Shown: piece by piece, positions 12,513-25,640 of the stretch
How the letters are laid out: the number at the start of each line of letters is the position of its first letter
How positions within the stretch are numbered: position 1 is the stretch's first letter
Assembly: GCA_051313645.2 (NCBI GenBank)
Contig: JBNRSN020000005.1
Span: 290,160,001 to 290,224,000 of the forward strand
DNA: 64,000 bases
Source: Centroscyllium fabricii
Lineage: Eukaryota
Direction: 5' to 3'
The notes under the pieces: generated by a model
What the model saw: only the letters and a program-made list of their open reading frames with translations
Database searches by the model: none
What the model was told of the DNA's origin: nothing
Position numbers and translations under genes: made by a program

Positions 12513-13155
12513 TGAAAACAACCACACTGTTGTCAGGAAAACTTTTTTTTAAGGTGGTGAGATGCTGTTTCCATGCAGTTAAGGTAATTAACTGTTGTAG
12601 CGCCGGCAGGGCCTAGGAACCACACGTGAGCCAGAGCTAGAGAAAACACAGCTTTAATACACTAAACAAAACAAGAAAGAGAGTGAATCACTCGCAACAA
12701 GCGTATTTAAACAGTCCCGCGGTTGGTGATGTCATCGCGTCGGCCGACGTGGTGACGTCGTCGCGTCACCCGGATGAGCGGGGCTTTGCTCCGTGGAGTT
12801 CCCGTGGCGGATTCGATGTCTCGGTGGGCGTGCCGCCACACAGCTCCCCCCAGAATCCGTCCGGGAGGAATAGTGACAGAGTCTATGTGTGCCGTTGGGG
12901 TGGCCGGATGATGCGGCCGGACCATATTGTCTGTTGCTCCTGGTTCTGCGGTGGAGTGTGGGCGGGTTTTGTTGCGGGGGGGCGACCGCGTTGTGGTGGT
13001 TGTGCGGGGACCGTTGTCTCACCCGCTATAACGTGCGCCGGCTTGAGCCGGTCTATTGTCACAGTGTCAGTCCTGTTGCCCATTTGTAATTCAAAAGCTT
13101 TAGCTCCCGCCCGCAGCACTCTGTAGGGGCCATCGTATGGTGGCTGTAGTGGAGA

Positions 13156-14079
13156 TCAGTGTCCGTCCCGCCGGACGAACACGAATTTAGCTTTTTTAAT
13201 GTCGTCCGGCACCCGAGCTGCCAGCTCTCCATGCCGGGCCACTGGTAGTGGCTGGAAAGCTCGTGCCGGGTTGGCGAAGTCTTTTAAATACTGGTCGGCT
13301 GACCAGGGAGCGTTGGGCTCAGCCAGGAACTCGCCCGGCACCGTTAAAGTTTGGCCGTAGACGAGCTCTGCTGCCGAGGCGTTTAGGTCTTCCTTGAGGA
13401 GAACCCATGGAAGGCGGTCGGTCCATGATGCGTCCTTTAGTGTGGCTCGTAGTGATGCCTTCATTGAGCGGTGGAACCGTTCGCATAGGCCGTTCGCCTG
13501 TGGGTGGTATGCGGTGGTTCGATGTAGTGTCACCCCAAGGTCGCGGGCGATGGCCGCCCATAATGCCGACGTAAACTGGGGTCCTCTGTCGGAGGTGATG
13601 TCTGTGGGCACGCCGAAGCGGGCGACCCAGGTGGCGATGAACGCCCTGGCCAAGTCCGTGGTGCCGGTGGCAGTGAGGGGGACTGCTTCTGGCCAGCGAG
13701 TGTTGCGGTCGACCATGGTCATTAGGTGCGTGTGGCCCCGGGATGGCGGTAGTGGCCCGACGAGATCGATATGGACGTGGTCAAAGCGTCTGGCCGGCAC
13801 TTTAAAAGTTTCCAGCGGTGCCCTGATGTGCTTATGCACTTTGGAGCGCTGGCAGGCTATGCAGGAGCTGGCCCAGGCGCGGACGTCCTTGCGCAGGCCG
13901 CGCCATACGAATCGGGCCGAGATTAATTTGATGGACGCGCGGGCGCCGGGGTGGGACAGGTCATGGAGGATCCTAAATATGTGTCGCCTCCAAGCGTGGG
14001 GTACGACTGGCCTGGGTTGCGGCAAGGATACGTCGCAGCAGACGACGGTGGCAGCGGGGCCGTGCACGATATTGGCCAA
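13156..14079 (-). pseudogene. Gypsy integrase ORF
   Basis: HDLSHPG...CIAC zinc finger; HIDLVGPLP, TSDRGPQF and ANGLCER DDE core. Confidence 0.93.
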
Positions 14080-14095
14080 GTGGAGGCCGGGGAGA

Positions 14096-16564
14096 TTAGC
14101 TGCTGCGTTGAGCAGGCCAGCTGGGCGTAATCGACCACCATTTGGGCGGCGTTAATGGTGGGGCGTGAGAGGCAGTCAGCGACCACGTTGTCGCGGCCGG
14201 AAATGTGCTGGATGTCGGTTGTAAAGTCCGACACGGCCGCGTGTTGGCGCTGCTGCCTGGCCGACCAGGGTTCAGCGACCTTAGCCATCGCAAAGTGAGT
14301 GGCTTATGGTCGCTGAAGGCTGTGAAGTGGCGGCCCTCCAAGAGGAAACGAAAGTGTCGCACTGCCAGATGGAGAGCGCGTAGCTCCCTATCGAAGGCGC
14401 TGTATTTAACCTCTGGGGGCCGGAGTTGCTGGCTGAAAAAGGCCAGGGGCTGCCACGAGTTGCCGGTCCACTGCTCAAATACGGCCCCGACCGCATGGTC
14501 GGAGGCATCGGTGGTGAGGGCTACTCTGGCGTTGGGCCTAGGGTGGGCTAGGAGGGTGGCGTTTGCCAGGGCAGTTTTAGTTGCGGTGAAGGCGGTGGCG
14601 GCGTCGGCGTCGGCCGTCCACTCGACCGCAGCCTTGTTGGACTGCCCGCGGGTGGCCTGGTATAAGGGGGCCATGAGAGCGGCTGCTCCCGGGATAAAGC
14701 GGTTATAAAAATTAACCATGCCTAAGAATTCCTGCAGCCCTTTAATGGAGTGCGGGCGGGGGAATTCCTGTACCGCCTGCACCTTAGAGGGCAGGGGTAT
14801 GGCCCCTGTTTGGGAAATGCGGTGGCCGAGGAAGTCAATAGTCTCGAGGCCGAATTTGCACTTGGTGGGGCTTAAGATAAGGCCGTGTTCGGTAAGGCGC
14901 TGGAACAGGGTCCTGAGGTGCAGGAGGTGTTCCTGGGGGGAGGTGCTGGCCACGCGGATGTCGTCTAAATAGACGAAAATGAACTTCAAGTCCCGTAGGA
15001 CTGAGTCCATGAGGCGCTGGAAGGCCTGGGCCGCGTTTTTAAGGCCGAAGGGCATCCTAAGGAACTCGAAGAGCCCGAAGGGGGTAATAACGGCCGTTTT
15101 AGGAATGTCCGCCGGGTGTACCGGCACCTGGTAGTAGCCACGCACCAGGTCGATCTTGGAAAAGATCGTACAGCCCGCTAATCTGGCGGAAAAATCCTGG
15201 ATGTGGGGTACGGGGTACCTATCCGGGGTGGTGGCGTTGTTTAGGCGGCGGTAGTCGCCGCAGGGGCGCCAACCTCCGTCGGGCTTGGGGGCTATGTGGA
15301 GCGGAGAGGACCAGGGGCTGCTGGAGCGGCGGATTATACCGAGTTGCTCCATGGTGCGGAACTCGGTGCGCGCTATCTCCTGCTTGGCTGGGTCGAGCCT
15401 ACGGGCGTGGGCATGGACGGGAGGGCCTGTGGTCGTTATAAAATGCTCCACCCCGTGTTTGGCCTGGCGGGCGGTGAACGTGGGGTTGGTTAGGGCGGGG
15501 AACTCTGCCAGGAGTGTGCCGTAGGCATCGGAGTCCCGGGAGCGGCATTGGGCTGCCGCGTGGGCCAGGAGTGCGGGCCCTGTGGAGCATGGGATGGTCG
15601 TCATAGTATTTATGTTGACCAAGCGGCGCCGGGTTACGTCGACCAGTAGGCCGTAGGCGCAGAGGAAATCTGCCCCGAGGAGGGGCGATGTGACCTGGGC
15701 CGTTACGAAATCCCAGGTGTACGCGTGGCTTGCAAGGGTAATTGTAAGCTTGCGGGTGCCGTACGTTTTTATATTGGAGCCGTTGGCCGCCGCTAGTGGC
15801 GGGCCCCGGGTGCCTTGTTTGGTTTCTGCAGGGGAGGCTGGCACGATGCTGTGCTGCGCGCCTGTGTCGCAGAGGAACCTGAGGCCTGTGCTGCTGTCTG
15901 TGGCAAAGAGCAGTGCTCCTGTGTGGCCTACAGACATGGTGGGGGCTGAGTTGGGCCGTGGCTTGAACGCGCATGGCTGGACGCAGCGGTGCGCTTTATG
16001 ATCGAACCGCGTGTGGTAGTAGCACCAGCCGGTGCTAGAGGGACGCGGTTGTCTGGGTGGGCGCGGGGCCCTAGGTTCAGGCGTAAAGTTATGCCTGGGG
16101 GGTGATTGGCTGCGCTCTACCGATGCGGAGTTAGGGTCGCACGTGGTTGAGCGGGTGCGCTGCGCCTCCATGAGCCTGTTGACTTCCACTCCGAGCTCGT
16201 CATCGCTCCGTTGGCCAAGGGCCGCCAAGGCCGGTCTGATGGCACGGGGCAGTTTAAGGAGGAAGACGGTGCGGAAGAGGGAGGCCGGGTTGGGTGTGAG
16301 CGCTTGCATCTGACCTAAGAGGTCCGATGGGTCTGCGTCCCCGAGTTCGGGGAGGTCGAGGAGCTGGCAGTCGCGCTCAAATTGGGAGGGGGTAAAAAAA
16401 AATTTAAGCGCGGCCTTGAGTGATTCATACCTGCCTGCGGTGGGCACACGCTGTATTTTTGACCACATCCGATCGATCGTCGTCTGTGGTAGGGCTGAGA
16501 ACACCAGGTCGTAGCGGTCGTCCCCCTGGATGCCATGTGTGCGGCAGCTGGTCTCGATGCACAT
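14096..16564 (-). pseudogene. Gypsy gag-protease-RT-RNase H ORF (frameshifted near the RNase H end)
   Basis: CYYHx9Cx3C gag motif; LCDTGA protease; RMPFGL and YLDD RT; TDAS and DHKPL RNase H. Confidence 0.93.
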
Positions 16565-16750
16565 AAATCAGGCCGCTGGCCGTTGCTCCCAGAACTCGGG
16601 TAGAGTTAGTCCACGTCCGGCGTTCTGGCCAAGTCCTTGCGTTCGTGGAGCTTGGTTCCTTGGGTTTACCATGTTTTCTTATTTAAAAAGTTCTTTGGCT
16701 GGTGGTCCCAGATCCTGCGGCAGCTTTTCTTCTCTGGAAGTCATTCCAGT

Positions 16751-16762
16751 TCGGGGTCACCA
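16751..16762 (-). other. Primer-binding site complementary to the tRNA-Trp 3' end
   Basis: TGGTGACCCCGA one base after the 5' LTR; matches the first 12 nt of the tRNA-Trp PBS used by avian retroviruses. Confidence 0.85.
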
Positions 16763-17685
16763 CTGTAGCGCCGGCAGGGCCTAGGAACCACACGTGAGCC
16801 AGAGCTAGAGAAAACACAGCTTTAATACACTAAACAAAACAAGAAAGAGAGTAAACCACTCGCAACAAGCGTATTTAAACAGTCCCGCGGTTGGTGACGT
16901 CATCGCGTCGGCCGACGTGGTGACGTCGTCGCGTCACCCGGATGAGCGGGGCTTTGCTCCGCGGAGTTCCCGTGGCGGATTCGATGTCTCGGTGGGCGTG
17001 CCGCCACACTGTAGTATTTCACACCTCTACTGCAATCGTGAGCAAAGAGCTGATGATAGAAGATTCCACAGGAAGAGCCAGTGTTAATCAGTTAGTTAGA
17101 AGGCAGTTTACTTGTCTGCAAGCAAGTAAACAATTTGCTTACAAACTATCTAAAATCTATTGGTGGCTTTTGGAGATGGCTTGGAAATTGAGATTTTCAT
17201 GTAAATAGTCTTACCATAACAACCTTTGACAAACCAGTGCCTTGAAAACAATGATGTGGAGGTGCCGGTGTTGGACTGGGGTGGACAATTGTAAGAAGTC
17301 ACACAACACCAGGTTATACAAGTGAGGTGGTCCTGGGAACAAGTAGTGGGAAGCCGATTGTGCCATAAACTGGATGGCTTTAGCTGGTTAAACTCCAGAA
17401 ATGCTCCTCCCCAGTCCCAAATCCTTGGCTTTAGCCAACCTGAGCCTCAATTCCATGGATTTGGCATGTGCAGTATGTTACTAGGGGGAAAAAAGTGTGT
17501 GCCCAGCATATTACAGACGCTCTACTTGTGTGTTTCCTCATTAGCTTTGTTTAGAGGTTCATTCTGTACATGTTGGATATGCAGCTGGCCAAGAAATAGT
17601 TCTGCTGCACGCACCGTATCTGCCTTTCACACGATCTTCATTTTTACCTCTATGTTGGAACTTTGTTCTCTCTATCGAATCCTAG

Positions 17686-17785
17686 GTTTACAATCCAAGA
17701 ATACGAGCAGATTCTTTAGTGATGCAACCAATCAGCAAAATCCAGGCTGAGATGCGCACACAGATCATGGGTACAGCTAGATTGG
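17686..17785 (+). CDS. DHX32: DHX32 coding exon (degenerate motif VI region)
   Basis: tag|GTT TAC AAT CCA AGA...TTG G|gt; VYNPRIRADSLVMQPISKIQAEMRTQIMGTARL. Confidence 0.92.
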
Positions 17786-17979
17786 GTAAAATCTCTGGTA
17801 TTATTTGATATACACTGTGTTTAAAATGAGATTATATGCGTACATCAATGCTTTATATGTAAAAAAGACCTGTTTGAACTAAAAACTGTACCTATTGAAC
17901 CCAGTCCAGTAAGTCAGTAGATGATGGCCGTCTTATGCTCCACTTGAGTGAGAGAGTTTTACTCTGCAGCTTTTAGTGC

Positions 17980-18365
17980 AGGGGCGGCACGGTGGCACAG
18001 TGGTTAGCACTGTTGTCTCACAGCACTGGAGACCCGGGTTCAAATCCAGCCTCGGGTACTATGTGTGGAGTTTGCACATTCTCGCCGTGTCTGCGTGGGT
18101 TTCCTCCGGGTGCTCCGGTTTCCTCCCACAGTCCAAAGATGTGCGGGTTAGGTTGATTGGCCATGATAAATTGACCCTTAGTGTTAGGGGGATTGAATAT
18201 GTGGGGTTACGGGGATAGGGTGGGATATGTGTCGATGCAGGCTCGATAGGGATATGGGGGAGGGCAGGGGCGGGATATTGGGTTTGGATGATCAGCCATG
18301 ATCTCATTGAATGGCGGAGCAGGCTCGAAGGGCCGAATGGCCTACTCCTGCTCCTAGTTTCTATG
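17980..18365 (+). mobile_element. HE1-like V-SINE, full length
   Basis: ggggcggcacggtggcacagtggttagcac head; GGTTCAAATCC B box; V core; CR1 tail. Confidence 0.88.
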
Positions 18366-18680
18366 ACATGGAAGAGTGATTAATGCTGACACTGGGTACC
18401 TGAAATGGGAAACTTTCATTCAATAGATGACCTTCCTTGCCTTGATGAAGTCAAACAAAATCATTTGGGAGAAGGGGAAAATCGTTGCCAATGCCAGTAA
18501 GATTGGCGTAGCTGTTGAGATGTGAGAAAAGGTGAAAGAAAATCTTGTACTGCACAGGGGCACAATAACTGTTTAACAATATGTTAATTTCTTGACACCG
18601 TGGATAAGAGACACACTTTAAGGTCTGGCATTTCTTTATTGGACAGTGCAAATATTGTTTTTGCCTCAAGTTTTGTAATA

Positions 18681-19004
18681 CAGGTTGAGCACCGTTAATC
18701 CGGCACCAAGCTGGTGCCAGACTACTGAAAATTCCGAACCACTGAAGGTTGGGGGGGGGGGGGGGGGCGGGCGACGAGCGCGCGGTAGAACACTCCCCGG
18801 GGCCCAGAGCGCACAGTAGAACAGTCCCCGGTAGGAAGCCCGGGGATAGAACACTTACAAAACCTTAAAAAACAGAAACCCAAATGCCTGACGCCTTCGG
18901 CGCTCGCTCATTCATTGCGGGAAATGAAGAGCGCCGGTTTCCAATCGTGCCAAACCACGGAAGCTGCCGGACCATCGGGTGCCGGTTTACCGGTGCTCAA
19001 CCAG
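18681..19004. mobile_element. Tc1/pogo (Tigger-type) MITE
   Basis: TA|CAGGTTGAGCACCG...CGGTGCTCAACCAG|TA; internal ~23-bp tandem repeats. Confidence 0.8.
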
Positions 19005-19091
19005 TAACTGCTAATATGTCCTGTCCTTTTGTACAACCATAAATTTCAAAAATACATAACTAAGCTATTCTGAACTAATTGGTTTCTTCAG

Positions 19092-19250
19092 GCAAATGTT
19101 TTCGATTATATACCGAGGAGTTTCTAAAGAAAGAGATGACTGAGCTTTCACCAGCTTGCGTCCTAGAATCCAACCTTACTCGTATGGTTTTATTCCTGAA
19201 GAGAATGGATATAGCAGACATGGGCCAATGTGACTTCATTGATAGGCCAG
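19092..19250 (+). CDS. DHX32: DHX32 coding exon
   Basis: cag|GC AAA TGT...CCA G|gt; GKCFRLYTEEF...NLTRMVLFLKRMDIADMGQCDFIDRP. Confidence 0.93.
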
Positions 19251-20874
19251 GTAATACTGTAGTTACAATATGCAACAAATAAGTGAAATGATCCATTTCT
19301 GAAGATGAATATTAGATGTTAAATTGTCTAAAATATCAAAATTTGGCTTCAGTTCTCTAATTCTAATGAGGCATTCACTGTTACATAATCTTTCCAAAGA
19401 TATTTGCCCAACCTTACTGCAGCTGACAAAATATCTAAGTAATTTACCATTCATAATTCCTAATAAATTTATTAACCACAATTTTTAGAGAATACTAATG
19501 TACTGCTAATAACTTGCACCTAGTTTTTTAAAATTTTAGCCAATGGGAGATAATCTAACCCTAAAAGCTTTAAAAATAAAATGCTTATCTATCTATTAAT
19601 AAATATCAAAAGTATATTTGATCTGCAGGTAGATTATTCAATTGACTTGAAAGAAAAGGGAATTATCATTGGAGACATCTGCTTTGTACTGAACCAGTGG
19701 TCTGTTGAAATCTCACAAAATATATTGGCAGACAGTATTTGCATTGTATTTTAATTCTGATGGCTGAATTTTAGCTTTCTCTGCATTTTTTATTAATTCT
19801 ATTTCCACAATGCAGCCTTGTTTCTATTGCACAAATCCTCTGACTCTTTCCACATAGCCAAAACATGATGCAATGCTGAAAATCAGACATTTTGATTAGC
19901 TGCAAGTTTTGAAGTAAAATTATACATGACACATTTCTAAGTGTGCAGAGGCAACGTTGCTTGGTTTAGACAGACCGATTTAAGCCTGTTAGAGACGATT
20001 GAAAACTTTGTCTTCTACAGTATTCTGAAAATTTATAGACTCACTTTCATTAAATTCTATCAGCTGCACCCTGATTGACACAGCAGTACTAAAGCCATTG
20101 TTAGGAGTGTACTGGCTTGCTTTGTCTGCGCTCACTGAGCATATACTGTACCCTGTAGCTATGATGTATACCAAGTCTTTCTAATTGTTAAATGCAGCAG
20201 AAATGAGAAGTTCACAAATTGTGCACAATGAGTTTGACTTCAGCTGCTGAATATGAACAAGATACCAAAAAATGTAAGTTAGTTAGTAGTTTCCTACACA
20301 ACTGCATAAAATGACCTAATTTACCCAATAATTGCAAAGATAGTTTGAGAGGGGAAACAGGTTACTAGAATAATCCTAATCACTTGTAGAAAGTGAAAAG
20401 GTGCATTATATTGAGTTTATTTTTTTTTAAATGAGATGCTTTTATTGCTTGATGTTGTTTAGGTCATTTTATTACCCCAATGCTGCACTTTATTTAAATG
20501 TCATGGGTTCTGAGATTGGGTCTGTTGCAAACTGAAATGGTATGGCTGAAATCTCAGTCGATTACTATTCATGAACACCTTGAACCTACTCATTGCCAAC
20601 ACAATGTTAAGCTGAGTACGAGTGGTTGATTTCTGGCAGCTTCATTTAATTCCCAGTAAATGATTATCTGTTCATGTTTTGCAACAACCCAGCAAAACTA
20701 ATTTACGATCGCCGGCTCTCTGACTTGGCAAATTAAAATAAGGCTTTGGTTGAGATACTTATCATGCATCATAGGCCTGTAGAAAGAGATGGATGATGGG
20801 CACATAGATTGTAGAATGCTCTATGAATACAATGTCAAGGATTTAAAATGAACTTGACGGCCAATACAAAATGA

Positions 20875-21162
<288 letters not shown>

Positions 21163-21620
21163 TAGATTTTATGTTAGACAGACAAAAATGTTGGAACCGT
21201 AATACCAAATCAAAATATTTTAGTCTTCACATTGAACAAGTATAGGTCTTAAGAAAAAACAATGGATTACATTACTTTTATTTTCAGATTTCTAGACATG
21301 CCAATCAAGTATTTTTTATACTGCAGTAAGCGATTGTAACACCTTGCCTTATAGACCCATTCAGCTTTAAAAAGTTCAGGAAATTGCTATTTTACTGTCA
21401 TATCTGCTTTAATTTGCCATTGTAAAGGTGTGCTAGTAGATGCACAAAACGTTCAATGTACGGAAGAATGTATCCAATTTCAAATTTTGAAAACATATTT
21501 AAATACATCCTTGGAGGATTTAAACAATGTACTTAAAACTGAATCATTCACACAACAGAATGACAAATTGCACCAAAAGCAACTGCTGCAAATGTTTCCT
21601 GTATTTTCTCTTCTGTAAAG

Positions 21621-21767
21621 CTCCCTTTTGTTTCTTGGATCCGCCTCCTGGTTCAGAGGAAGTCGCACGTACTTGTCGGAGGAAATTCTTGCATCCAGAG
21701 GGTGATCACTTTACCCTCATAAATGTTTACAGTACATTCAAGCAGAGCAAGCTGATCTCAAGCCAAT
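21621..21767 (+). CDS. DHX32: DHX32 coding exon
   Basis: aag|CT CCC...CAA T|gtaagt; APFCFLDPPPGSEEVARTCRRKFLHPEGDHFTLINVY. Confidence 0.92.
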
Positions 21768-21779
21768 GTAAGTAAACTT

Positions 21780-22470
21780 TTAATTCAATTCAATTTTATT
21801 GTCATTGCAGTGCACTAGTACAATACAACGAGACGAAGACTCGTCGCTCCCGAGAGTAGTGCAAATACGTTACATACAATTGCATACAGTAAAGTACATT
21901 TTCAGGTGTGCAGATACTGGAGTTTTTTGTTAGAGTTCAGGAGACTGATAGCCCTGGGGAAGAAGCTGCGGGTGCGAATTGATCTGTAGCGTCTCCCGGA
22001 GGGCAGGGGGGCAAACAGACTGGCTGGGGTGTGTGGGGTCTTTAATAATGTTCTCAGACCTCCGTAGGCAGCATTTCAGGTAGATGCATTCAATTGATGG
22101 TAGCTGGGTGCCGGTGATTCGTTGGGCAGCTTTGACTACCCACTGCAGAGATGGTGCAGTTTCCATACCAGACTGTGATGCAGCTTGTCAGTATGCTTTC
22201 AATTGTGCAGCGGTAGAAGTTGGTGAGGATGCCGGATGTCAGCTTGGCCTTTTTCAGCTTCCTTAGGAAGTACAGGCGCTGTTGGGCCTTCTTTATCAGA
22301 GAGGTGTTTAGTGAGCAGGAGAGGTCTTCCGAGATGTGGACCCCGAGGAACTTGAAGCTGGACACCCTTTCCACCTCAGCCCCTTGGATGAAGATGGGGG
22401 CGTGTCTTCCGCCTTTAGTCTTCCGGAAGTCCACTATGATCTCCTTGGTTTTCTTGGTGTTTAGTGTCAG
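21780..22470 (-). mobile_element. Rex1/Babar-like LINE 3' fragment
   Basis: DFRK...VERVSSFKFLGVHISEDL...KKAQQRLYFLRKL...FYRCTIESILTSCITVWYGNC; (ATTGA)n tail. Confidence 0.82.
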
Positions 22471-22701
22471 TTGAAGAGGAGGGTTGGGAGGAATCCTTCA
22501 GCTAATTCTTGAAAATAATTCTCTTTTTAGCATAAAGAATTTTTTGAACTCCTTTAACAAAAAGAGTATGCCTATTTTACATATTGAAGAAATTCTTTAT
22601 TTTGATATGGTTGACTTGACTCCCTTGCTATCTTCTGTCATACTTATTCTTAAAAAAAACCATCCAGCTGTTCTAATGGATTTGGTTTCACTCTTGTGCA
22701 G

Positions 22702-22892
22702 TCTGTGAAGATGAAAAATGGTGCCATGACAATTTTTTGAATTGCTCTGCTCTGAGGACAGCAGATGCCATCCGAGCTGAGCTACTGGACATTATGCAGC
22801 GTATTGAGCTACCCATTTCAAAACCTGCTTTTGGCACACATAAGAATTCATTGAATGTGAAAAGAGCTTTGCTGTCTGGCTATTTCATGCAG
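22702..22892 (+). CDS. DHX32: DHX32 coding exon
   Basis: cag|TC TGT GAA...ATG CAG|gtaaag; EKWCHDNFLNCSALRTADAIRAELL...ALLSGYFMQ. Confidence 0.93.
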
Positions 22893-23390
22893 GTAAAGAC
22901 TTTATGTAATTGCATTACTGACCTCTTCTGAAATGGGATTTTATGTTTAAAAGTACTGGGTGAATTAAGAGATTCCTGTAGCATTGTAACAATAATGTGA
23001 TCTACAGCTCCACTCTATAGTTCAGGACTGCAGCAATACTTTGTATTTCCCTTTGGACTTTTGCGAGAACCTCTCTGTATCCTTTGTCATGTCAGTGTAC
23101 TTTTGATTTCGGTCCACTTTCTGTACACGTTGAGATACAGCTAGTCAGTTGTTTATTTTCCCCCTAAAAGCCTGACCAAATTCCTCACAAATGGGTTTGA
23201 ATATTGCTCAGTTTTGAGACGCAAATTGGCAATGTGTGTGTTGAAGTAAGATCATTTCCATGACAGAAACTGTAGACTAGAATTACATTAATCTATTTGT
23301 ACATCACATTTAGTGATGGTATAAGGATTTTTAATCCAGTTCAGAATTTTAGAAACTCTCATCAGATTAATGTAACACTCTTATTTCCAG

Positions 23391-23572
23391 ACTGCTCGAG
23401 ATGTTGATGGATTAGGGAACTACATTATGCTAACGCATAAACATGTAGCACAGCTGCACCCTTTTTCAAGCTACTGTTCCACAAGATTAAAACCAGAATG
23501 GGTTTTGTTCCACGAATTTACAATATCTGAGAACAACTGCATCAGGATTGTCTCGGATGTGTTACCTGAAAT
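23391..23572 (+). CDS. DHX32: DHX32 coding exon (OB-fold region); not listed in the ORF track
   Basis: cag|ACT GCT CGA GAT GTT GAT GGA...GAA AT|gtaagt; TARDVDGLGNYIMLTHKHVAQLHPFSSY...PEWVLFHEFTISENNCIRIVS. Confidence 0.92.
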
Positions 23573-23925
23573 GTAAGTGTAACTTAACTAAATCCCTGAT
23601 GAGTGCAGAGTACTTTTAGAAACCTTGTTTATATACACGTATCATAATTGGGTGTGTCACATCTGTATTGCATTCAAATAGTAATTTTGGTATTTAATTG
23701 TACAAGTTCACCTGCATTGTCAAGGGGTTGAGAGGCTATAAACCGAGCGCGCTAAGGTGGAATGGCTGATCAACGTCCCCTCAACCTCAAGATGCATTAC
23801 TGCCTCAGAACAAAGAAAGATTTCTTGGTTTTCTGCTGATGGGATGCCCTTTTGAACAATAATGGATGGGAAACTCCCATAACTGAATCGTGATTTCACA
23901 ATCTGCAACATCTGCATTTAACTGT

Positions 23926-24207
23926 CATCATAGAATCGCTACAGTGCAGATAGAGGCCATTTCGGCCCATCGAGCCTGCACCGACACATATCCCACCCTA
24001 TCCCCGTAACCCCACATATTCAATCCCCCTAACACTAAGGGTCAATTTATCCTGGCCAATCAACCTAACCCACACATCTTTGGACTGTGGGAGGAAACCG
24101 GAGCACCCAGAGGAAACCCATGCAGACACGGGGAGAATGTGCAAACTCCACAGTCACCCGAGGCCGGATTTGAACCCGGGCCCCTGGCGCTGTGAGGCCA
24201 CCGTGTC
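23926..24207 (-). mobile_element. HE1-like V-SINE
   Basis: Reverse-complement match to the other copies. Confidence 0.8.
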
Positions 24208-25299
24208 ATGTCCCAATCATTCCCATGACAACTGCACCTCCTGATCATTTCACCAAAAAATCTACTCCGTTTCTCCATTCTTTCCAACTACAACTCTTCA
24301 TCTTCAAGTTTCCCATTCTTTCCAGTCTCTCTGCATTGCTGCCTCGTAACTATACGCAAGACATTTCAATGTAGCTTCTATCTTGCTATTAACACTGAAA
24401 CTAATCAGTCACAAACCTTGTGATTAACTGCTCAACATCTCTCCTCATTGTTGACATCTCTACTGTCTTTGAAACAGTTAATCACTCCACCTTTATGGTG
24501 TGCACACTCTTTCTTTCCACCAGATCAATTGCTTCCAATGCCTTCTCCTTCTGTGGCCGTAGTCACCTGCAGCATATTTCATGGTCTGCTCCTCTTTTTA
24601 GAAATGGACACCCAGATTTACTCCTCCCCTCCTCCATTGATCCAAAGGCTATTGAGACACTAATTACCTGTTCAACATCAAGACCAGGATGAGACCCTAT
24701 TTCCTCCAACTTAATGTTGACAAAAGGAATCCTCTTCAGTTCCTGTGTGGCTTTGATGCTATTAAGCTTGGGCTAAGTCAGAGATGTACAGCTTTGGCCA
24801 ACTACTCAACCCCAAATGGAGCTTGCATCCCTCTGTCCTGTACCGCCCCCCGCTCCCGCCAGTTACCAAAAATGTATCTACCTGCCATTTCATAACTCCA
24901 ATTCCACATCTTCCCCAGTGTTTCTGATACCCTCTTTTCTGGCTTTATCACCTGGAAACCTCAAACTTTGCCAGCATCCTCATCATTCAGAATGCACAGC
25001 TAGTGTCTTCACCCACAGAAATCCTGAGTTCCCCATTACCACTGTCCTTTCTAGCTTTCTAAGCCCCAACATATTGACTTCAAGATTTTTGTCCTTGCTT
25101 TCACATCCCTTTATAGCATTTCCCTGCCTTATCTTAGTGATTTCTCCAGCCGTATGCGCTCTATGGTCCACAATTCAAGTTCCCACCCTAGATCCCTCAA
25201 CTTTCCACAAACCCTATTCTTTAGTCCCCTGCCCTACCCTTTTCTCTCTTTGTGCACAAGGGGCATTCTGCAATTAAGGTGAATAATACAGAATTGCCA

Positions 25300-25640
25300 A
25301 TTAAGTACTTTAAGTGTAGTCACTGTTGTAACGTAGGAAACACAGCAGCCAATTTGCGCACAGCAAGGTGTTTATGACCCGATAATTGTTTTTTGTGATG
25401 TTGATTGAGGGATAAATATTGGCCAGGACACCAGGGAAAACTCCCCAGCTCTTTTTCGAAATAGTACCATGAGATCTTTTATCCGAGAGCAGAGGGGGCC
25501 TTAGTTTAACGTCTCATCCAAAAGACAGCACCTCCAATAGTGCAGCCTAGATTTTGGTGCTGAAATCTCTGGAGTGGGACCTGAACCCACAACCTTCTGA
25601 CTCCGAGGCAAGAATGCTACCAACTGAGCCATAGCGGACA
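25300..25640 (-). mobile_element. DeuSINE-like SINE, partial
   Basis: Homologous to 61560-61937. Confidence 0.65.

Larger units (their letters stand above)
12596..17008 (-). mobile_element. Near full-length Ty3/Gypsy LTR retrotransposon, CsRn1-like, in a DHX32 intron
   Basis: 245-bp LTRs (12596-12840, 16764-17008) with TG..CA ends; 4-bp TSD CTGT; PBS at 16751-16762; PPT at 12841-12853; gag-PR-RT-RNaseH-IN order. Confidence 0.96.

Noticed and set aside
12683-16784. Plus-strand ORFs such as 13394-14155 and 14205-14708
   Set aside because: Antisense shadows of GC-rich pol; no recognisable protein
12596-17008. Possible bacterial contamination (abrupt high GC)
   Set aside because: Paired LTRs, TSD, PBS, PPT and gag-pol show an integrated retrotransposon
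17980-18060. tRNA gene-like sequence with A and B boxes
   Set aside because: It is the head of a multi-copy SINE and runs into V core and CR1 tail
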